From Lama glama (Eukaryota), in contig CM052817.1 of the NCBI GenBank assembly GCA_028534125.1, positions 7,504,001 through 7,568,000 of the forward strand: a stretch of 64,000 nt of DNA. The letters are read 5' to 3'. The position numbers were made by a program, and so were the translations under genes. Position 1 is the stretch's first letter, and each line of letters begins with the position of its first letter. Below are positions 39,761 to 51,180 of this stretch, piece after piece. A model generated the notes under the pieces. That model had not been told where the DNA came from. It saw nothing but the letters and a program-made list of their open reading frames with translations, and ran no database searches.

Positions 39761-39959
39761 TGACTAAGAATTGCACTAAAATTGTGTTTCATAAACTGTT
39801 TTTTAAAAATCCCTCAAAATAAAATCTTAAAGTTAGAATATTTATTATGTTCTTGTCATATTTTGTCACTCACTGACTAACCTCAAGCATAAGATACAAC
39901 CTCTTAATTTTTAATTACAGCAACTGTAAGATAAAAGAGATTTAGTTAACAAAGCTGAG

Positions 39960-40190
39960 GAATATGTGCTACTCGGAGCTTGGCTCTGGGCCCAAGTGCA
40001 CATGGGGTCAAGTCCCAGCTCTGCTACTTTCCATTTTTTGATGGTTGGAAAGTCTCGAAGTTTCAGCTTCCACACCTGAAACCCAGGATGCCATATGGAT
40101 TTTTGTAAGGGTTAAATGAAATGGTACCTGTGCACACTGTAGCCTGATGCTTTGATTTAGCATACACTCAGTAATTATTAGCTCCCTTTA
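39960..40190 (+). mobile_element. MIR
   Basis: gggtcaagtcccagctctgctactt...tgtaagggttaaatga. Confidence 0.75.
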
Positions 40191-40465
40191 TGATTCATTT
40201 CATCATCACCACCATCAATGCTACCTCACAGCTCTGAAAAATCTATGATTCATTTCACTCAGTAATTCTTGTGGATAATTGTTGATTTAAAGTTATTGTT
40301 TTGATTAAGACACAAGGACCAGGAACACGTGGGTATATGCATTTTGAAACAGGAAATCTGAAGCTAGAGTTTCAGGTTTCTACCACCCTTTGTAACCATA
40401 AGATTAAAGACAAGAAGGTCTTCATTTGTAAACTTGCTAGTTACAGTCTTTTTAGTTGTGAACTT

Positions 40466-41480
40466 TGTTGATTTTAAAAATGTAACAACCAGCAAAATGA
40501 ATTTATTCAGGACTAGCAGAAAATTTCAATTAAGGACAAGTATTTTATGGCAAAACTATAGGCAAGTCTGGAGAAACAAAGGAGAGGAACTTTTATTTAT
40601 AGAGGAAAAGGAGAAATTGAGAGGTGTGTTATAAACAAAGATCTCATTGGTGGAAATGGGATTTGAAGGCGTAGTGGCTTTTCATTGGCTGAGTGGTGAG
40701 AGCCTCTGTTGCCAGGCAAAGGTAAAATCTTCCTCCTGCAGATGCAGTCAGGTAATAATCTTCTTGTTAGAGATGCAAGCTATGCCTCTTCTTGTTTGGG
40801 GCCGGCAGACAGCAGTAAGTGGTAAGGGCTTGAGAGCTTCCCCCTTCCACTTCCCAAGTCCAATTTAAATGAGGTTTCCTTTATTTCTTTTCACATTTCT
40901 TGTTTGATCAAGATCTTTCCTTGAAAGTATCACTGATCAAAAATCAGGTTTTCAGAGTTCAGTGGCTTTTGTTCATTAGTGTCAACAGGGACCTTTCCTG
41001 AGCGTCATGTCCCATATCAGATAGAAAGTACACAGGTTGGGAAACTATTGAGATCACATTTGACAAATAAAGAGGGGTAGGAGGGGGAACTCTCAGGCAC
41101 TTCCCCCTAAGTCTGTATCTTGGCAAGGTCATAAACATTGGCAATCATCTTCAAGCTCTGAGCCAGCATCACTTTATTGGGTACATTGTGTTTTTGCTTG
41201 TTTGTTTGTGTTAAAGGTTTAACAGGCCTTTAAATGGTAAAGTACTTTAAAATAATCACACAAAGCAGAACTAAAAGTAACACGACAATTCCAAATTATA
41301 TGATGGTTCCAAATCAGGAGCCTGAAGATAACGTGCTAAATAAATAAAAAGATCATGAATCATTCAATGCAATTTCTTATAGGCAATGTGATTGTTTCCT
41401 AATTTAATGCAGTTGGGTTTCTACTTCCCTAGAGGAGTTTATCCATGTGCAGCAGGTGATGTTTGCTCCCATATGTATAT
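40466..41480 (-). mobile_element. ERV1-class provirus 3' remnant: LTR (~40466-40895) plus internal 3' region with env TM
   Basis: LTR-like segment ending ttttcaca, followed by internal sequence encoding env-like CCTWIN motif. Confidence 0.75.
41230..41469 (-). pseudogene. env: Decayed retroviral env transmembrane-subunit coding remnant
   Basis: Manual translation GANITCCTWINSSREVETQLH*IRKQSHCL*EIALNDS*SFYLFSTLSSGS*FGTII*FGIVVLLLVLLCVIILKYFTI*. Confidence 0.8.
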
Positions 41481-42169
41481 CTAAAACTCCTTTTATATGA
41501 CTTACTGGACTGTAACTACTTAATATTACGGAGGACATCCTGTCCCTAAGTGCCTTGTAAAATGCCTGGCATATGGCAGGTGTCTCTTAGGTGATTTAGA
41601 ATTAATGAATTAATTTGATAATCTGAGACACATAGTGACATTCTTGGATGAATCCTAAGTCTAACATTTATGAGCCAAGTAACCTTGATCAAGTCACAGA
41701 CACTGAAGCAGGGCTCTGTTTCAGTGGTTACTTTGCAGTTTAACAGCATATGCATTGTGTGTGTAGAAGGCATTAAGACAATGGCACAAAGCTGAGGAAT
41801 GGCTGAAGAAAACTGAGAATTGGAATTTTCCCTAGCTATTTTGAAAAAGTGTTATAAGGAGAAATATGAGAATGAATGCTCCCTCTCCTCCCTTTCTGTC
41901 CTTCCCCCAAACCCCTTGACTACGTGTGATTGCACTGGAAAAGTGTGAATGTTAGCTAAGGGGGGCTACAAGTCAGATGACCAGCAGGGGTCAGGACTGT
42001 AGGAACAGCAAAACCATCAAGCTGGCACAGGGGACAGGCATACACACTCCTGCTGCAGAGGCAAAAACTGTGGACAAATACCCCAATAAAGATTTGAAGA
42101 TGTTCCATTAGCTCTTCCAAAACAAGTTTGCAGAGCTGTTATCTATCATTTGTCCTCATCAAAACAATA

Positions 42170-42400
42170 GCCAATTGTATTGTGTTTGACTTGCACTGAC
42201 TCCTTTTATTCTTCCACCAACTCCATGAGGAAGGTACCACACCTCAGCCTGTTTTGCAGGAAAAAAAAAAAAAAACAGAAACATGAGGGTTAGAGAGGTG
42301 GAAATAACTTGACTAAAGTGACACAGGCAATTGTGGGCAGAAAGTCGATTGCAATTGAGGTCAGCCTGACTCCATGTGCTTACTCTTAACCACTACTTTG
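42170..42400 (-). mobile_element. MIR
   Basis: gttagagaggtggaaataacttgactaaagtgacacag...actcttaaccactac. Confidence 0.75.
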
Positions 42401-42549
42401 TATTGTCATGGATTCCATGTTTCTGGAACAAAATAGGCAAAATTAACAATTTTAGCTATTGTGCCTCATTCTCTTCATCTATAAAACAATAATAAAGGAA
42501 CACTTTACAAAGCTCTTGTTATTATAAATGTCCATGGTCAACGTGATTC

Positions 42550-43440
42550 TGTGATTTACAATAAGAAATACGTATTTGGTCTTTGGCCCCGTTTCTAACA
42601 CATAGCTCCTAAAATGCTTAGAACTTCCTATAAAAGATATAAAGGTATCTTTTGCTAATGAGGTGATTTTTGTAAAACCTTTAGGTAACCTAAGGATGGG
42701 GGCTGGTTGCCAGGGGAACCGACCATGTGATTAGAGGGTTAGAACTTTCAGTCCTAGTTGGAACTTTCCTACCCCAACCTCCAGGGAAAGGAGAGACATT
42801 GGAGGTTGAACCCAGTGTTAATTGCCAATGATTTAATCAGTCCCAACTGTAATGAACCTTCAGCTAAAACCCAAAAAGACAGGGTTGCGAGAGCTTCTGG
42901 GCTGTGAATGCGTGGAGGTGCTAGGAGAGCGATGCACCTGGAGAGAATTCGGAGCTCCGTGCTCTTCCCTCGGATCTTGCCCTTGCAGCCCCTCCATCTG
43001 GCTCTTCCTAAGTAGCATCCTTTTATAATAAACTGGTGACCTTATAAATAAAATAGTTCTTTGAGTCCTGTGAGCCTTTCTAGCAAATTAATCGAACCTG
43101 AGGAGGAGGCCATGGGAGCCTCTGATTTACAGCCAGTGGGTCAGGAGTACAGGTAACAACCCTGATTTGCAACTGGCACCTCAAGTTCAAAGTAGAGGGT
43201 CATTGGGACCTCTGATCTATAGCCAGTTGGTCAGAAGCACCTGTAACAATGTGCGCTAGCAACTAGCATCTGAAGTGAGAGGCATTCGGGAACAGCTTTG
43301 TAGGACGGAGCCCAAAACCCATGGGGTCTGACACTATTTTCAGGTAGATAGTGTCAGAATTGGGTTGAATTATAGGAGACCAGCCGGTGTCTGGAGAACT
43401 GACTGTTGCTGGTGTGGGAACCACACACACACACACACAC
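42550..43440 (+). mobile_element. MER21-family LTR, near full length, ending in (CA)n
   Basis: tgtgatttacaataagaaatacgtatttggtc...gggggctggttgccagg...caggtagatagtgtcagaattgggttgaattatagg. Confidence 0.9.
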
Positions 43441-43939
43441 ACATTGCAGTTCATCTCCAGACCACCAAAATAATCAGTTATTATAGATGTGCATTTTTTT
43501 AAGATCAGTAGCTTACAGTCAGATGTGTGGAGCCTTGTTTTACTAGAACATAACCTTCTGTTCACTTCCTCATCCCAGGACCCTTTAGCAATACTTGTCA
43601 TGTCTTTAGGGTAATTACTTGCCCATATCCCTACAGGAGACATTTGGCTTTAAACATATTTAAAGATGCTTCATTTCCCTTGTTGTCTTTGTGTGCACAT
43701 TGTTAATTAACACCTTAGTCCCACCAGGTCTCTGGAAATCAATGGAGAGCTTAGAAAAGCATTCTCTGGACCCCAAGGACCAGTAGGTCTATGATCTGTT
43801 CCTTTGCTGTGTTGTCTCTTTTCTTCCGAGTTTCACCTACCAGACAGATAGTGGTATTTTAATTGATCCTTGTTGCTTGGGCTGACTTCCCACTTGCATA
43901 AGATATAGTATTGCTGCAAAACATTACATATTTTCTTCG

Positions 43940-44280
43940 CCATCTATTCAATCAGTATTTCCTCAGTGCCTCCCATAGTAGAGCCCCGGAAGTCAGGAAA
44001 ACTAGGATGATTCTGTTAAAATCTCCAGCTTTTGACACCCGCAATCCTACAGGAGAGGGAGAGAGACCAATAAAAAGAGAGATGACAGTGTGGTGTGATG
44101 AAGGCAGTAAGTCTGCAAAGGCATTATGGGGTCACAGAGAAGGAAGACCTCATCCCAGGGGGGATTGATCTGAGAAGGCTGCCGTAATAATATGTATCTG
44201 AATTAAGCAGCAGAGCATGAGTTTGAGTTGGCAGATGAAGGAGGGGACTCAGGTAGGAGGGCGAGAGGGGGCATTGTAAG
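43940..44280 (-). mobile_element. L2 fragment
   Basis: catctattcaatcagtatttcctcagtgcctccca...gggtcacagagaagga. Confidence 0.6.
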
Positions 44281-46619
44281 AAGAGTGTGGACCCCTTCAC
44301 TTACTCCTCATGCGTCTAATAGAGGCTTCGCTGACTCAGCGCCTACTCTGTGCCGTACACCACACCAGGCACCCAGAACATGACTCTGAATCAGAACATC
44401 CAGACCCTCCCCAGCCCTCAGAGATCTTAATGCCGGGTGGTCCTAATCCTTCAGATCTCTGAAGTGTCAGGTTGTGATAAACACACGTCATGCTCAGAAC
44501 ACAGAGCAGACTCAGAATGTGGGCACGATGAGCTTGGACATGCAGCTGCCCCATAAGGGCCCCAAGGGGTTCAGATGCCAAGTAAAGAGCAAGAGGAGAT
44601 GGTGATGGAGCAGCCCACAGGGCCGGACCCCAGGGGATTTCCACCGTCAGGCCAAGCAGATGGGTCAGATCTTTGATTTGCAAGGGTCTCTTTGCCAGAT
44701 ATGGGGAACCCTGGAAACAGAAAGACCAGCCACTTCGTTTTCATTCTTCTCAACAAATACTTAAACAGCCCACTGGGTGCAAACACTGAAAGTACAAAGA
44801 TAATGGAGTCATGCCGTGCGTCCTCCCAAGCAAACTTCTCAGCAGGAGAGAAATTTCCACGCCAAGCCCAACTCCAGCTCAATTTCGTTTTCATTCCGAG
44901 AAAGGGGATGCAGTGATGCCCTCTCCCCGCATTCAGAAGGAACTAGTTCCAACTGAAGTAGCTCCGATGCTCAAAGGCAGAGCTACAGTGGAGTTGACAT
45001 TGGCTCAATCCCCAGGTCTGGGTACCATGGCACCCAGCAGAGAAAACACAATCTACTGGAAAGAAAAAGGAGCAGGGGGCTAAGTGATGATGGAAGTGAC
45101 TGCAGAATAACCTGATTCAGAATAAAGAGCCCATGACCCACGGGGTCTGTCCCCAGACAGTGAACGGCCGTCACCGCATGGGGGTGGAACACAGCGGTGC
45201 AGTAACGAGGGCCTCCGCGCTCCATCATGCCGTCATCGGATTCTGCCGCCGGGATCCAGGATTCTCTCGGGGAAGAGAGATTGTCCTTGTCTCCCTGCAA
45301 CAAAATGGTGTTTTTGGAGAGCGGGGAGATCACCAAGGGGCTAATTAAAAGAGTTATCAAGCACCGGGCGAGAAGCCAAAAGCTGAGCAGTCAGAATTCC
45401 GGAAGGTGCTTCCGGGCAAGCTCTTCATGAGCACAAACGGGAGGCCTGCTTCTCAGAATCCTGACAGTCACACTCTTAAAGGCACAAACCACGGAGGCCT
45501 AAGGAGCAGCCCCTTCCTACAGAAAAGAGCACCTGACCATAAGAAAACCTGATGGCCACATGATTTAATACTGTCTCTGAAAGCCAACCAATGTCTTTCA
45601 GAAAAGAATCTAGTTGTAAATGAGGTCAGAATAATGTCCTAAATGCAACAGATGTTTCTATAGTTTATTTCAACAAATCTGTATGTCTTTTGTGGGCAGC
45701 TAATGCAAAGATGGAGCTGAGTTTCTATTCTCATGAAGTTTTTCATTAAATAGAGAGTTTGTTCTTGTATTTAATTCTGATTGAACCTAGACATGGGTTG
45801 GCTTGCTGGACACAGAGGTAAGTAAATAAGCAAACAGACGAACACAGGTCCTCTCTGCCGGGGACATTGCCTTCCAGGAGGAGCACGGACGCACAGAGGT
45901 GGCTGTAACATGACGGGGTGACATGGATACAGGTGCATGCAGTGTGAGGAAAGACCCAGCCGCCCACCCTGGGAGTGGGGGCAAGAGCTCTCAGGAGGGC
46001 GTCTCAAAGAGGGTGAGGCTGCGTGTGGTGTTATCAGAGGAGGAGAGGTGAGAAAGGGTCCACGGGATGGCAGGGCAATGGAGAGGGAAGACTTCCAACC
46101 CTAGGCAACAGCATCAAGAGAGGCCAGAAGCCAGAAATCACCCAGAGGGCATGAGCTCCAGCCAGCAGGTCAGAGTTCCGGAGATCAGAGCACAAGGAGG
46201 AGCAAATTGAAAGATGAAACAAGACAGGTAGGAATTCCACGTGAACAGGGGCTGCTCTCCTGCGCTAAGGTATAGGGGCTTCTATCTGTAAGCAGCGGGG
46301 TGACATTAAAGGGTGCAACACAAGGGATGCGAGAGTTCAGGACCATGGCCATCAGCCAAAGCAGGGACAGCAGAGTCCTGAGCCGAATAGGGATGTATCT
46401 CCTAGACGCGGCTTCCCATCCAGGTCCCTTACTGACCGCTGAGCACATTACTCAAGGTCTCCAGCCTCCAATGTTCTCTTCTGTACGACAGAGAGAATCA
46501 GACGTACCGTAGGAGTCGCTGTAATGACTCGATTAGATGGGACACAGCACATTCAGTTAGACGCAGTGGGGGGAAGCTCTCACAATGCGAACCGTACATA
46601 GTAAGGACCATTCAGTGTC

Positions 46620-46920
46620 TGGAGAATGTGTTACACACTCCGCAGGGGATATGTGAAGTGACGTGAGTTTAGGTGACACTTAAATTAATATTTTTAATGT
46701 TAATGATTTTATGTCTCTTACATGGTAGAAAAATGACAACTACTATAGGAAAACAGTTTTCGTTCATGTTATGGCTTAGCAAATATTTAGCTACATTTAA
46801 AAAGAAGGTCAAAGTCTATTTTTAATAATAAAAGTAACAGTAGAGTTGCTACAGAGATACGATGAACGTGGCAAAAGGGATTCTGAAGGCGGTACACAGA
46901 AGTTTGAAGTTTGGGAAACT
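46620..46920. mobile_element. hAT-Charlie MITE (MER113-like)
   Basis: gtggcaaaagggattctgaaggcggtacacag...gaagtttgggaaac. Confidence 0.55.
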
Positions 46921-47414
46921 TTAATAACTAAAGGGTTATGACTGAAAAGGGTAGCTTTTAAATAACTAAACCAAAAAGGGTAGCTCTAAAGAAAGGCTAT
47001 TGTGAGCGATACTGTTGGGATAATGTGGGGGTTGGAAGGAGGTTCAAAATCATATGGATGTGATGACAGGAAGGGGAGAGATCTGCAAAATACTTAACAG
47101 GACAGTCAGTGTGAATGAGTGATTATTTGAGTGGAGGAGAAGAGGGAGAGAGAGAGAGAGAGGGGGAAGTTTCTGATGAATGAGAAATCCAGGCTGGGGG
47201 TCCTCCCGTGGACCATGGGTCCAATGCCATTGAGCCATTGACAGAATAGAGGGGAAGCAGGTTTAGGTGCAAACACTCCCCCTGTGTGCATGCAGGGTCT
47301 CCCGGGCATCAGGTGGCAAGTCAGATGCATCGGCTAAGAGCTCACAAAAGTGACATGGTGAACACTAAAGATGGGTGTCTAGGAGCCTGTTTTTCTCTCA
47401 CCAGGAGTGTGTCT

Positions 47415-47780
47415 ATTAACAAACACTTATTTAGCACTTACTGCATACAGTTGTCATGCTAGGAAAAGGATGTGCAGTTTCGAGCTAAACAGATACAGTC
47501 AGTCTTCACAGAACTTAGTTTGGAAAAGGAAAAAGGTCTAAAACAAACAACCACATGGATTTAGATAATATAACACTGCAATGAGTGTCATGAAGGATGT
47601 AAGATTGACCCCTGGCTTTCAGGGAGGAGTTCCCTGATTAAGAGCTCTAAGTGGGACTGGATGGTGAGAGGCAGAGAGCGGGGTCCAGGGCTTGGTGCAG
47701 AGGAAGGGGCTGAAACTCCAGGAAGAGCTATGAGGGCTTGTGATGAAAGGTGTAAAGTAAAAGCAGTGGACCCCGGAGGC
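47415..47780 (-). mobile_element. L2 fragment
   Basis: aacaaacacttatttagcacttactg...tcagggaggagttccctga. Confidence 0.65.
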
Positions 47781-48387
47781 AGCCACCTTTAGGGTGTGGG
47801 CCTCTGAGGGGCTGAAAGCATGTGGAAGGAGGGTTAGGAAAGCCAAGAGAGGTGGGCTCTCATCAGCCAGGGTAGCTGGGAGCTGCCAGGAGGAGGGAGG
47901 GGCACACTCTGAGACACTGGCACAGATGGCCAATAACACAAGGCCATTTTTGACTTGGAAGGGTCATCCCCGAATAACTCATTTTCAGAGGGGAATGAGT
48001 GAAGGTTGGCCCACGCTTCCAGGCCCCCTCCCACCCCCCAACCCCTGACTCAGGCGGTGCCACAAGAGGGTGTGGGGACTCGGGCACCGCCCTCACATGC
48101 CCTGTGCTCTGGGCTGCTGTCTTTCCTCCCTGAATCGAGCATCCTTATCTGGCAAACAGGGACAAAAGTTCATTTACTCCATACCAAGCACAGTGTAAGC
48201 ATAGAATAAAGAAAGGAGAAAATACAAATGGACAGATGAGAAAGAAAGTGAGGTCGGATCAGTTCGGTGCCAGGCATTAGTAAGAGCCAGACACACCCTG
48301 ATTTCACTCTCCTCTTTTTCTCCATCATGTCTGTGTAGCACAACTCAGATTGCCACCTTAAAAAAATCAAAATCGAAACCAAACAAC

Positions 48388-48460
48388 AACCAGAAATTGA
48401 AACAACACTATAAACTGACTACACTTCAATAAACAAACAAACACACAAAAACAACAACAA
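48388..48460 (+). mobile_element. Very short L1 3' tail with CAAA-rich tail
   Basis: accagaaattgaaacaacactataaactgactacacttcaataaa, same terminal motif as other young L1 tails here. Confidence 0.75.
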
Positions 48461-50044
48461 AGCTCCCTTTGATGCCTAAGGGCACAACTAACGTTTTCTT
48501 CTCCCGGGCTCCCACAGCAAATAAGGAACATCTCAATTATAGCACTGATCACATCAGATAGTAGTTGTTTTCCATGCTCTTGTTTTCCACTTAAGGGAAA
48601 TTTTTTTTCTAGACACTGTCTTATTTGAGTTTGCATTTCTATTGCCAAGCAATAGAAATATATAATTTTAAATTGCAACAAAAATCTACAATACATCATT
48701 GGAGATTAAATGAATGATCCCCATAGATTTCAGACATTTTACATTGATAACCTGATGCAGCTCAGGGAAATGATGTGATTTGCCCAAGATCTCCCAGTGC
48801 ATTCACAGCAGAGCTGGCCCTGGACCTCTGCCCTTTGAGTTTAAATCGCAGACACCTTTTCATGCAGCACCCTGAGAAATGAGAATGTGAAATGAAGACA
48901 GGGCCAGACAGACCCAGCACAGGTCTCTGTGGAGAGGGAGGGAGGAAGGACAAGTGAACACCAAAGGGTTCTACCTCTACCTGCCTCATTCCCTGCTTTT
49001 ACAAAGCAGAGAAATTAAGTGTGGGGTACAGAATTACCTTCATAGCCATTATATAAATAAACAGCCGGAGAATCGGTGTGTGCATTCCAAGATACTTACC
49101 AATTCTCCAGTAATAATTATCTCTGGAGAGAGAAAGAAGAAAAGAGGATTGTGGGTGGAGATTTTAGCTGCCTATATTTTTTAAAAGAGCTGAAATAAGT
49201 ACGATGGATGATCACAGTTGTCAGAGGAAGGTGGTGAGCACACAGGTGGTGTTGCTGTCCATACTGTTCTAAATGTTTAAAATATTTTAATTTTTTTTTT
49301 TTTGGTGAAGTGAAGCTCTCCTCCTTTTCCTCCTCAGCCCACAGGTATCTGAAGCCCTCACCAGCTTAAAAGGCAAAGAAGCGATCGGAACTGCATGATT
49401 GTCAATCTGGGTCAAAGGATCAAAAGAGACAGAGGAAGTGGAATGGAGTCTGTGTGTTGAGGGAGTTCAGAGGAGGGGGCTTCGGGGGAGGGAGTCTCCA
49501 AGGGACTAAGAGAAAGTCCCCTATTGGGAAGACCCAGAGTTGAGGACAAACCATGACCACCCCTTAGGACTATATTTGCTCATTTTGTGCAGCCCAGCTG
49601 CCCAGAGGAGTGGGGTTCATTCTCCTTCCTGTCACTGGGGAATCCGTCTACATGACAATGACCTTCCTTCTGCCCTGGCAAAGTTTAAGTGTCCCCCAGA
49701 AAAGGAATTTGAAACTTTCTTTTTCCCTTTGTGAAAGCCTGATAATTCCGGATAAACATCCCTGGGCTACGAACATAACAATGTCTCCATTTCCATTGCT
49801 TCGTCATAATGACAATGATGATGATGGTAATAATAATAGTAAGACTAACAATCTGCTGATGGTGAATTATTTCCTAATTATTAAACAGAAATAAAAATGA
49901 AAAAAAAACACATCACAGAGCTCATAATCTTTAGCAACGATCTGTGTTATGTTCACACTGGATAAATACACATTTTTAGACTTTCAGAATTGACATCTCC
50001 CCCCACCCCCCATTAGTCCAGGAAAATTGTTGCTGTTGACTCAA

Positions 50045-50063
50045 TGGTGCCATCTGGTGGTCA
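50045..50063 (-). promoter_or_regulatory. CTCF motif (reverse)
   Basis: minus strand tgaCCACCAGATGGCACca. Confidence 0.6.
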
Positions 50064-50864
50064 TAAACCATAAATCACCTGAACTGGAGAATTTTTGTGT
50101 GTTTTTTTTAATCTCTTAAGTGAGGCTGTGATTCCGCTGAAGTATATAATGTTTATTGAGAATAACTAATATTTATTGAGAGAGTCCTTTAGTGTGCATC
50201 TGATGAGATCACAGTTACATTCAGTAGTTTCATACATTTAATTTCCACAACAACCCAGTGAAATGTCCCTTCATTTCTATTCTATTAAGGGTGGGGAATA
50301 GGCTGAGAGAGGAGAGAAATCTTGCAAAAAGTCTTGCAGCTGGTCCTGTGGAGGTGAGAGTCAGCCTCAGAACTTGTAATTCTGCAGCTTCTTCTCCAGT
50401 CATACAGCATTACCTTAATAATACTTGGCTATGTATCTTGCAAAGAAACAAGTCATAAAATTGCCATTTCTGAAAAATAGATACTGAAGTGGGTGTGTTC
50501 ATTTATTTATTCATAAGCTATATATTTGGCACCAACCATATGCTGCCAGCACACTTTATTAGGTCATGTCTTGTTGGAGATAGAAACTAATCTCATAGCA
50601 TTAGTAAGTTATTCAGCATCTAACAGCCTAGTAAAGATGACCACGTACAGAACAAAAGCACTCTAAGAAGAGGAAGAGAGATAATTATGACCACTGAGGA
50701 AAATTCATGTGGCAAAACAATCTCTTGAAAATAACCGAACAGTGAATTTAAATTATCTATGCAGCAGGCATGGTTCTCCAATTAGCTGTGTAAAATACCA
50801 GAAAGATATGCAAATATGTCCCTTACCCGAGCCATTTGGGCATTTGAACCTGCTTTGTTGCAAA

Positions 50865-51180
50865 GCTGTATTAGTCAGGTTAATTAATGCTAACCCGTGC
50901 AACAGAGAAGCCCTGAAGTCTCAGTGACTTAATACAATAAATGTTTATTTTTCACTTGTATCATAGTTGGATGTGGGTTCAACAACTGCACCAGGAAAGT
51001 ATGACCCCCCAGGTTACTGCAGCAGGGACAGAAAGGGACGGAGGAGGCATGCCAGGTTTAATGGTCACTTCTACTCTTAGTCCATTGGCCCCAAATGGTC
51101 ATATGGCCCAACCTAACCACAAGGCAGGCTGGGAATGAGATGAGCAGATGGAGATGCAGGAAGCTTAATCATCTCTGCCA
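50865..51180 (-). mobile_element. MLT1I/J-like LTR
   Basis: tgtattagtcaggttaattaatgc...tcagtgacttaatacaataaatgtttattt...catatggcccaacctaaccacaagg. Confidence 0.75.

Noticed and set aside
39048..39776. Four 190-230 aa ORFs
   Set aside because: Artefacts of translating across the N gap
41981..41994. CTCF-like CCAGCAGGGGTCAG
   Set aside because: Mismatch in the highly constrained GGC core
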